Source: a virus
IMG/VR virus record: IMGVR_UViG_3300029931_000011
DNA: 64,000 bases
Strand: one strand, 5' to 3'
The notes beneath the pieces are model-generated. The model was not told where the DNA came from. It searched no databases and was given only the letters and a program-made list of their open reading frames with translations. Made by a program: the position numbers and the translations under genes. Position 1 is the stretch's first letter. Every line of letters begins with the position of its first letter. Below, piece after piece: positions 32,801 to 39,740 of this stretch.

Positions 32801-35212
32801 TGCCGCGTCACCGAACTGTGCCTGCGCGTCGGGCAGGTGTCGGCGCAGCTGCTCCTCAACCCGAGCTTCGAGGCCGGGCTCACGTCATGGACGGCCGGCG
32901 GCTCGGGGATGCAGGTCCTCACCACGACGCCCTACGAGCTGACGAACTACGTCCGGCCGCAGGACGGCGCCTCGTCGACGCTCTCGCAGACGGTCGCGCT
33001 GCCGACGGGCTACGAGGATGGAGTCGTTGTGTGCGAGTGCGCGCGGATGAACGACGCGGCCGACGACACCGGCACCGTGCTGGTGGAGTGCCTGGACGGT
33101 GGCGCCGCGACGGTGGCCTCGGCGACGACCGGGGCCGAGGCGATCTCGCCGACGAACGCGTGGGTGCGGCGCCGGCTGGTCATCGACCCGATCCCGCCAA
33201 CCACCGTGAACATCCGCGTCACCTTCACCGGCACGCGGGTCACCGGCACGCCGAACAACTCGTGCGTCGACGACTTCGACCTCCGCGTCCACAAGCACCT
33301 CGATCCCGACGAGGAGACGCACCTCCTCGACGGCATGGACTTCGTCGAGCAGCCCTTGCCGCGCACGCTGACCGACTGGAAGCAGCACTTCCCGGCGGTG
33401 CCGCCGCCCGACTACGCGATCTACGACGGCGGGCTCGTCGGCCGCCTCGGCATCGAGCCCCTTCTGGAGGCCGGCGCCGGCTGCTTCGCGGGCGGCAAGG
33501 CGGTCGCCGTCGGGCCCGAGGGCGACGCGACGACCTGCTACGAGTCGACGGGGCGCTCCGACGTCGCCGACGAGGACATCCACACGGCGCCGGTCGGGGA
33601 TGCATTCGCGAACTTCGGCACCGCTGACCCGTTCACGGCGATCGCCTTCTGGAAGCTGACGGAAGGGTTCACCGACCCCGCCGGGCTCATGGGGCGCGTC
33701 GTCGGCTCGCGCGGCTGGGCCTTCGACCTCGACAGCGACTCCATCCCGCGCGTGCGCCTCTTCGGCGCCAGCGCGACCATCGCGCAGGGCGGCAACAACC
33801 GGACCGACGACGGCTCGCTCCACGGCGCCGCGATGATCTACGACCAGGCCAACAGCCTCTTGCGGTCGGTAGATCCGTCGGGCAGCTTCTCGGCCTCGAC
33901 TGCGGGCATGGGGGAGATCCGCGCGACCTCGCCGGGGAAGTTCCGGCTGATGGCGACGGGCGAGGCGGGTGTCGACCGGCTCCCAGGGCAGGTGGTGCGC
34001 GCGTACCTGTGGCGTCAGGCCCTCACGGTGGCGCAGGCGCAGGAGGTCATCCGGTACGCGGAGTCACCGGTGGCAGGGCTCGATCCGAACGAGCAGACCC
34101 GCGGCGGCACCATCGTGTGCGTCGTCGGCAGCGACAGCGAGGGTGTGCTCGTCGAGAAGTTCGGGCCGCTGCGGCCGGCGCTCTCCGTCGACCCGGGCTC
34201 TGGTCGCGTCGGGCTCGTCGGGATGCCTGCGCTGACGAACCTGGCGCCGGACACGTTCGACCCGGGGAGCGGATGGGATGCAGCAGGCTCGGGAGGCGCG
34301 GCCGCGGTCACGCTCGACGTCGCGGCGGACCCGACCGGACACAGGGTCGCGGCGCGCATCGTCGGCGACGACGTTCAAGAGTGGACGTTCGGGTACGCCA
34401 GCCCGCTCACCTTCGGCAGCGCCGGGACCCGCCACCTGCACTTCTTCGCGCGCGCCGACGACACGCACACGATGGCGGTCGCGCTGATGAACGCGGGCGA
34501 TGGCATGGTCGACTCCGACGGCTTCGTGGTCACGCCGCAGTGGCAGCTGTTCACCTTCGCCATGGCCTGGGATGGCTCCTCGAGCGGAGAAGGCTATCTC
34601 TCGTTCCGGGCGTCGAACGACGGCACGGAGCGCACCATCTACCTGTCGCCGGTCATGTTCCTGGGCGGCACCGCGGCGAGCCCTTGGCCCGGCACGATCC
34701 CGATCGGAACCCCCGGCGCGACGTCACCGCTCCTCACGATCGCGCCCTCGGCGCAGTTCAACCGCGAGGGCGAGATCGAGGTCGAGCTGGTCAACTACGA
34801 CGAGGCGGGCGTCATCGCCAACGCGCACAACGACGCGGACGACGACGACCGGCGGCGCATCACCTGGCCGACGACCGGGGGCGGGGACGTCGGCAGCGAG
34901 CACTACGACGGGTCAGGCTCGGACGACTCGTCGGCGCTGGTCGCGAACACGACCGTCGACATCGCCCAGCCCTGGAAGGCGCGGCTGCGGTGGAACCGGG
35001 CCGGGCTGGTCGACGGCGTGGCGTCGGCGTTCGTCGTGCTGCGGGCCGAGCAGGGCGCCACGGTCGAGCAGGACGGCGGGCGGGCGTCGGCGTTCTCGGC
35101 CTCGACGACGGCGCTGACGCGGCTGGCGCTGCTGCACGAGGCGGGCGCCACGAGCGCCATGGCAGGGCTCGTGTTCTCGGCGAGGATCAGCGCGAGGGAG
35201 CGGAAGGTGTAA
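29864..35212 (+). CDS. Host-specificity / central tail fibre protein (1782 aa) with multiple lectin-like modules
   Basis: Track ORF. The N-terminal ...DPVPLIYGTVRVRSPVVLWVGD... resembles the gpJ/Phage-tail_3 type. Two tandem NP(R/S)F..GL..W modules look CBM-like. There is a LamG-like segment (...WKLTEGFTDPAGLMGRV...LWRQALT) and a further CBM-like module. TGATG junction with the upstream gene. Confidence 0.75.
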   Translation: MAFWTIVQLGYLAGYYGWQMYKHHQAKKEVPRAASLDEFTYPRATEGDPVPLIYGTVRVRSPVVLWVGDLEPFPQVVNGVTVGYQYRIGMRLLLGRGNTDVGATSGFATLQGMYIGDVQPPSFAGPFSPTAHAGYYQVNADDFDPGNFNVGTNGRLVFYDGSWDLERYALVASASEPLNPPYRGQITVLLQNWSVGTAPTMPSYSFIVHNPVYIPGYESVSGPIANGAANPASVLYDLLTNEWGCVANAAPLVDVASFAACAATLQDEQHGFSAIINDSRDARSVVEQVLRQIDGVLYEDPQTRRYVLKLIREDYDPNTLPVFDPSNVVGQPKKPTKLWDEAVNEVRVIFTNPVSGYGEGVAVEQDLSIISYNGGRRRSAEFRFLGVTHAQLAQELAARELNFLSRPISRLRMTVNREAFDLKPGDVFRFNWPEWNGYTQVFRLGEIDYGDLEDGKITITAVQDRFAIQGTVFDPPDDEIGPTRPVADPIHVSHITEAPRWIMLKAYEQGHIANVDAQRGYFLAKPEGSDSRYQVQSGWSTALQEVDMPGRVFPGTFTVETEYAKTTSAYDTSTHLRIENVVGWTPGVVTTTQIQVEGRNVIGVLDANGALEIMAYEDVIDLGGGVYRLLNVWRGLLDTVPATHAVGAQGFVLPGSYLAAGMGRRVYTHGTAITAYTQGAAGSSVVPVEDSPEDTFTARSRSLLPYPGSDLLVNGTKAPVALEEGGVTLQWNTRDRLKTTITRGNASAETPEANTTYDAVAVKGDPVTPGSEVSLASGVTTSSTTQHPLGAAGHGALQVGVRTKRTGVALSDGTTPIGGVFNWQTPLLDIQAHHWRNLLLNPRFASGLGLNHWDAVTGVATTSNSGGLGNNSFYVTGQSGTTVEIRQTLDLTGYNPKNYSAALDFYVHNGGDSGDTVQVELISLDAATSVLQTQTYGASDPGNAWVKQTLSIADLHDDTKYLRVRIILNAVGELDSVASCRVTELCLRVGQVSAQLLLNPSFEAGLTSWTAGGSGMQVLTTTPYELTNYVRPQDGASSTLSQTVALPTGYEDGVVVCECARMNDAADDTGTVLVECLDGGAATVASATTGAEAISPTNAWVRRRLVIDPIPPTTVNIRVTFTGTRVTGTPNNSCVDDFDLRVHKHLDPDEETHLLDGMDFVEQPLPRTLTDWKQHFPAVPPPDYAIYDGGLVGRLGIEPLLEAGAGCFAGGKAVAVGPEGDATTCYESTGRSDVADEDIHTAPVGDAFANFGTADPFTAIAFWKLTEGFTDPAGLMGRVVGSRGWAFDLDSDSIPRVRLFGASATIAQGGNNRTDDGSLHGAAMIYDQANSLLRSVDPSGSFSASTAGMGEIRATSPGKFRLMATGEAGVDRLPGQVVRAYLWRQALTVAQAQEVIRYAESPVAGLDPNEQTRGGTIVCVVGSDSEGVLVEKFGPLRPALSVDPGSGRVGLVGMPALTNLAPDTFDPGSGWDAAGSGGAAAVTLDVAADPTGHRVAARIVGDDVQEWTFGYASPLTFGSAGTRHLHFFARADDTHTMAVALMNAGDGMVDSDGFVVTPQWQLFTFAMAWDGSSSGEGYLSFRASNDGTERTIYLSPVMFLGGTAASPWPGTIPIGTPGATSPLLTIAPSAQFNREGEIEVELVNYDEAGVIANAHNDADDDDRRRITWPTTGGGDVGSEHYDGSGSDDSSALVANTTVDIAQPWKARLRWNRAGLVDGVASAFVVLRAEQGATVEQDGGRASAFSASTTALTRLALLHEAGATSAMAGLVFSARISARERKV

Positions 35213-35215
35213 TGC

Positions 35216-36694
35216 TCAAGGCTCCGGCCAGTCAACCCCGCTCGCCGCGGCGGCGATGGTGGATTGCAGCCCCGGCGATGGCTCGTTCGCGTACCCGCTC
35301 GACGGGTCCGCGACGTGCGGGGTGACGCCGATGAATACCGGAAACCGGAACGGATGACCGTTCGTCGCGTGCTTCTTCCGGTAGTAGAGGATGCGGAGGT
35401 ACCCGTTGCTGCCGTCGCTCACCTGCGCCGACTGCACGAGCATCGGGTAGCGGAGCACCATGTAGACGCAGTAAGGGATCGACGGCGAAGCGTTGATCGC
35501 AGCGACGGCCCACGGGCCTGTCGTCGGCCGGTACGGGAACAGCGCGTGCTGTGTTGCGCGTACGGTTGCATTGGCCCAGTACGTCGGCTGATACGTGCCG
35601 TCGGGATCGTAGATCCCCATGTTCGCGGCGTGGTCGGCGATGTTCCCAACGGCCGCCTCGGCCGCTGCCCACCGCGCGTCGGATCCGAACGCGGGATGAC
35701 GCGCCGTCGCGATCAGTGAACCGGCCACCATGGAGAACGCCACAGCGACGTCGGACCCCGGACCGATCTCGATCTCCCCGTAGTCCGGCACGTCGTTGTA
35801 GCTCGGGACGTGGGAGTTGCCGGGAAGAATGTCGGGATAGAACGAGTAGCCGACGAAGTACCCGGGCACCCCGCGCTCGACACGGATCGTCTTGACGAAC
35901 GCGACCACGGTGTCGCTCTTGGCCGTTGAGCTGTTGATCGGGTAGTCGAGCGCCTCGTTGGCATCGTCTCGACGCCGAACCCCGAGCCCACCGAATGCCG
36001 ATGAGAGACTATAGGCGTCAACCTGGAACGCCACCTCGATGGCGTCCTGCGTTGCCTGGCGAACGGTGGCACGATTGTACGGCACGGTGGCGCCGACCAC
36101 GGGATACGTCCAGTCTCCGTACTGCGCGCTCATCACACGCGTGTACGCGCCTGACTCGTCAACGGCCCAGAGGTAGTGGGCGAGCGTCTCGGCTCCTGGG
36201 ATCGATGGAGTCCCGTGGGTGACTTTTATCTCCCCATTACTAATAACAATGGCGCGGATGTTGGCCTCGCCGGTCACCACCTGCCCGGCGGACAGTTCGA
36301 CGCCTCCGGCTCCCGTGATCGACAAGACACGTGCCCCCGGTCCACCTGCAACCGGTAGCCTCATCTTCACGGTCTCGGTGGCGCCGTCCGCATCGATCAC
36401 CGTGATCCATGCCCAATAAGCGGCGTTGCCGGCGAGCGGGACAAGGAGATCCGCTTGCTCCTCGGTGAGAGTGTACTCGAAGAGGCCGGCCGACGCGTCG
36501 GCGATCGCGCCGCTCACCGCGAACAGATTGGTGGACGCGTCGGCTGGGTTCTCGTTCGGGTCCACTGTTAGCGTTGACTCGTAGCCGGTTATGTCGATGG
36601 CTGCGCCGGTGGCATCGGTGTATGTCAGTCGGATCGGAGCAGTGTCGCCGGTGATCCGCGTTCGCAAGTTGCCGCCGTCGAGCACCAGCATCAT
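35216..36694 (-). CDS. Tail fibre / receptor-binding protein candidate
   Basis: Track ORF of 492 aa. The N-terminal Ig-like segment (GDTAPIRLTYTDATGAAIDITGYESTLTVD...AGLFEYTLTEEQ) is reminiscent of BppU-type N-domains. It is the last gene of the minus-strand structural operon. A 152-bp gap lies upstream. Confidence 0.5.
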   Translation of the reverse strand: MMLVLDGGNLRTRITGDTAPIRLTYTDATGAAIDITGYESTLTVDPNENPADASTNLFAVSGAIADASAGLFEYTLTEEQADLLVPLAGNAAYWAWITVIDADGATETVKMRLPVAGGPGARVLSITGAGGVELSAGQVVTGEANIRAIVISNGEIKVTHGTPSIPGAETLAHYLWAVDESGAYTRVMSAQYGDWTYPVVGATVPYNRATVRQATQDAIEVAFQVDAYSLSSAFGGLGVRRRDDANEALDYPINSSTAKSDTVVAFVKTIRVERGVPGYFVGYSFYPDILPGNSHVPSYNDVPDYGEIEIGPGSDVAVAFSMVAGSLIATARHPAFGSDARWAAAEAAVGNIADHAANMGIYDPDGTYQPTYWANATVRATQHALFPYRPTTGPWAVAAINASPSIPYCVYMVLRYPMLVQSAQVSDGSNGYLRILYYRKKHATNGHPFRFPVFIGVTPHVADPSSGYANEPSPGLQSTIAAAASGVDWPEP

Positions 36695-36846
36695 CTACTC
36701 CTCGCGCACGCGACGGATCGCGTTACCGGTAATGAGCCTGGCGGATGCGACCTCGACGAGGCACCGAATCGAACTCGCGTCTCGGAGAACGTGTCGGATG
36801 GCCATGGCGCGACCAGTGTGCGCATCCTCGAATGGTCAACCCACAT

Positions 36847-38886
36847 TCAGGCGCGCCCGGTGAAACGTCGGATGTTCGCAATGGGCACCGCCGCCGCCGC
36901 TCGCAGCTCACCCACCCCCGCATCGGCGACTGCTGCGAACGCGTAGATCGGAGCGTTCGCGGCGACCACTAGCCCGAAGCGAAATACGCCCGTGCCTGAC
37001 ATGGACAGTGCTGATGCGATGCTCGTCTCCGACGAAACCCCCAGGCTGGTCACAAGCCGCTGCGCACCGCCGTCGCGATCGACGATCGCGAGCACGTCGA
37101 CGAAGGAGCCATTCGCATGGTTGACACTGACGGATGACGTCCGAAGTGTCGACCCGTCCCACGTCTCCAGGTGCAAGAACCCGGACGCATCGAGGCGCAC
37201 GGCATAGTAGCCACCGGAGCCGCCGTGCTTCCCGATGATGTAGTCGGCCTGCGCTGCTGGGAACTTCACACAGGCGTAGAAGGCGACCTGTCCGGTGGTC
37301 GTGATCAGATAGCTCGACGAAGACAGGGCCAAGAAATCATCCGATGATGTCCCGGCCGTGACGGCGTAGTCGCTCGCAAGTGCTCCGGTCTGGCGGTAGA
37401 GGGGGGAGCCGACGCGCGAAAGCGGGACCCCGCCGATCGAGTCCGACAGGTTGCCCAGTTCCTCGTCGCACAGCCACGCGCTCGCCCACGTCCCGAACCC
37501 GAATGCGGCACGCAGCGCCGCCGCAGTCGACGGCCACGCGAACGACCGCACGTTGCTCTCCTGCACGACGATCGCCGGTGGCGACACCTTCGCCTTCCAC
37601 CCGCCGCCGTACTCGATCGCCACCTCGTCGGTGTCCAGCCGCGCCGTCTCGAGGAACGAGACGCGGGTGACGCCGCCCGTCGGGATCGGGTTGGCGAGCG
37701 TCGGCACGAGCGTGATCTCCTGGTAGCCCGAGCCCTGCGACGTGGAGTGGACGTAGTGGTGCGACACCGAGCGGTCGGCGTATTCGATCTGCAGGCGGCG
37801 ATGAGCAAGCGACGGGTACCAGTTGTTGATGTAGTCGGTCGTCACGCGGATCGCCGACGCGCCGGCGGCGGGCTGCTCGTGCAGCACGAGGTCGGGCCGC
37901 CAGGTCGGGAAGAGGAAGGGCTGCCAGCGACCGCGGCGCTCGGTCAGAAAGGCCTTCCACCACTGGCGGTCCGACGGCGAGTCGATGCGCCACGTCCCCA
38001 TCCGTCGATGCTTCGCCCGCCCCCACGCCGTGTCGCTCGTCATGGTCGCCCCGTTGTCGAGGAACTCGACGCCGGCGCCGAACACCTCGGGCGTCTCCTT
38101 CTCCTGGAACGGCCGCCGGTCGAGCACGGTGTACCCGTCGAACGTCGTCAGGGCCGGGGCGCCCGCCCCCCCGAGCGCACGCGCCCCGGCCCGAGCCGTG
38201 AACCGCCACCGGGAAGCGTTCACCGGATAGCGGCCGATCGTCTGCCCGTCCTCGAAGCGCACCGTCTCCACGGGGAAGATCAGCGTCGTGTGGGCCGGGA
38301 AGTAGCCGCCGACCGGCGGCGAGCTGACGACGTTGATGGTGCCGCCCGATGAGCCCGTGATCGTCGTCGTGTACGCCGATCCCGACGGGCCCCGCACGTA
38401 GATCCGCCGCCCGTTCTCGATCCAGTCGGACTTCGACGCGGCGTCCGCGCTGATGTAGATGGTCCCGCCGGTCAGCTCGACGATCGCCGCGACCGCCTCG
38501 TGAGGGAGCGGCAGTTCGTAGGTGCCATCGGCCGAGGCGCTGAGGAGCTGGCGGATAGTGCGCGTGTCGGCGTCGTCGAGGAGGAACGAGCCGTCGAACT
38601 TCTGCCGCGGGTGCGTGAGCGTGGCCCGACGCTGCTCGGTCCCGTCGTAGGCCACAAGCACGTCGGTGCGGTAGGAGAGCGTCCAGCGGAAGCCGGTGGC
38701 GGCGTCGGGGATGCGCGAGGTGCCGAGCTCGGCCGGAGCCGGTTGCTCGTCGAGGCCGAAGAGGTAGTCGCCGACGGCGAGAGCGACCTGCTGCGAGTCG
38801 CGGCCGGAGCCCGGACGAGGGATCGCCGCGCGGGCGAAGCGTCGCCCACCGAGCAGCGGCCAGCGTCCGAGGGTCGACGAGGCCAC
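36847..38886 (-). CDS. Tail/baseplate protein with a C-terminal concanavalin-A/LamG-like domain
   Basis: Track ORF of 679 aa. The C-terminal ~200 aa (...FYACVKFPAAQADYIIGKHGGSGGYYAVRLDASGFLHLETWDG...) looks LamG-like. Position is two genes after the tape measure. Confidence 0.55.
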   Translation of the reverse strand: MASSTLGRWPLLGGRRFARAAIPRPGSGRDSQQVALAVGDYLFGLDEQPAPAELGTSRIPDAATGFRWTLSYRTDVLVAYDGTEQRRATLTHPRQKFDGSFLLDDADTRTIRQLLSASADGTYELPLPHEAVAAIVELTGGTIYISADAASKSDWIENGRRIYVRGPSGSAYTTTITGSSGGTINVVSSPPVGGYFPAHTTLIFPVETVRFEDGQTIGRYPVNASRWRFTARAGARALGGAGAPALTTFDGYTVLDRRPFQEKETPEVFGAGVEFLDNGATMTSDTAWGRAKHRRMGTWRIDSPSDRQWWKAFLTERRGRWQPFLFPTWRPDLVLHEQPAAGASAIRVTTDYINNWYPSLAHRRLQIEYADRSVSHHYVHSTSQGSGYQEITLVPTLANPIPTGGVTRVSFLETARLDTDEVAIEYGGGWKAKVSPPAIVVQESNVRSFAWPSTAAALRAAFGFGTWASAWLCDEELGNLSDSIGGVPLSRVGSPLYRQTGALASDYAVTAGTSSDDFLALSSSSYLITTTGQVAFYACVKFPAAQADYIIGKHGGSGGYYAVRLDASGFLHLETWDGSTLRTSSVSVNHANGSFVDVLAIVDRDGGAQRLVTSLGVSSETSIASALSMSGTGVFRFGLVVAANAPIYAFAAVADAGVGELRAAAAVPIANIRRFTGRA

Positions 38887-38890
38887 CGGG

Positions 38891-39727
38891 TCACCGCTCG
38901 ATGTACTGGACGTTCCCGCCCGACACGTTCACGGCGGTCGTGCCCTGCGGCTGCCAGGCGAGGAAGGGCACGGAGCCGTCGAACAGCCGCGGGATGCCGA
39001 GCTGGTCCCACGCCGCCTCGACACGCCCCGAGGCAACGAACGGCAGCGAGGCGAGGTGGCGAAGGAGGAGGAGGTGGACGGTGCCCGAGACGAGCGAGGT
39101 GCCCAGCGTGATCGACTGGATCGATCGCACGCCCCGGTCGCCGGCCTGGAGCATGAACGGCACGAGGGTCCCGGCGGCGGCGGTGGCCGGGAAGCTCGGG
39201 ATCGTGCCGGTGCGGCCGGCGGTGCCGTCGCTGTTCGTGTAGCTGATGGTGCAGTTCGTGATGGCGCCGCCGTTGCCCGTCGACGACGACACCTCGAGCG
39301 CGGCGAAGACGCCTTCGCCGAGGGCCGCGCCGTTCACGTCGCGCGGCGGCGCGGCCGCCGGCGTGATCGCCTGCGCGCCCGTGGTCGTCGAGACGATGGA
39401 GCTGTTGTGCCAGAGGCGATCGAGCAGGAGGAGGGCGCCGGCCTGGTCGCACGCCGCGGCGAACCGGCCCAGCCGCTTCACGTTGCCGGCCGCCGCCTTC
39501 ACGAACGGGATCTGACCCGTCACCTGCGTCGGGTCGCTCGAGAGCGCGGCGCCGTTGAGGCCGGGCGAGGGCGCGGCGCCGGCGCCGGGCATCCCGGCCG
39601 AGTACCAGAACGAGTGGAACCAGTGCCCGACGCCCTCCATGGTGCCGCCGACCTTGGAGACGGGCAGAGGGCCGCCGCCGGCCGCGAGGCCGTATGCGAT
39701 GTCGTCGACGGTGAGAACGTCAGCCAT
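38891..39727 (-). CDS. Tail protein of unknown family (distal-tail position)
   Basis: Track ORF of 278 aa, immediately downstream of the tape measure gene. Confidence 0.5.
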   Translation of the reverse strand: MADVLTVDDIAYGLAAGGGPLPVSKVGGTMEGVGHWFHSFWYSAGMPGAGAAPSPGLNGAALSSDPTQVTGQIPFVKAAAGNVKRLGRFAAACDQAGALLLLDRLWHNSSIVSTTTGAQAITPAAAPPRDVNGAALGEGVFAALEVSSSTGNGGAITNCTISYTNSDGTAGRTGTIPSFPATAAAGTLVPFMLQAGDRGVRSIQSITLGTSLVSGTVHLLLLRHLASLPFVASGRVEAAWDQLGIPRLFDGSVPFLAWQPQGTTAVNVSGGNVQYIER

Positions 39728-39740
39728 GGTGGGTCTCCTG

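Noticed and set aside
30470-33627. Very long ORFs in alternative frames or strands, rich in Arg/Ala/Pro/Gly. Examples are 30470..32731 (-), 30589..33627 (+), 47100..49724 (+), 52981..55173 (+), 43155..45128 (+), 18446..19816 (-), 27428..28567 (-), and the N-terminal parts of 5472..8027 and 1895..3145.
   Set aside because: Stop codons are rare off-frame in very GC-rich DNA. These ORFs overlap genes with recognisable motifs, have Arg-rich low-complexity translations, and do not fit the stop/start coupling pattern.
29040-38886. Possibility of a diversity-generating retroelement or an invertible (shufflon / G-segment-like) host-range cassette, given the convergent lectin-rich tail genes.
   Set aside because: I could find no reverse transcriptase, no template/variable repeat pair, no invertase/recombinase gene and no flanking inverted repeats by eye in the window.
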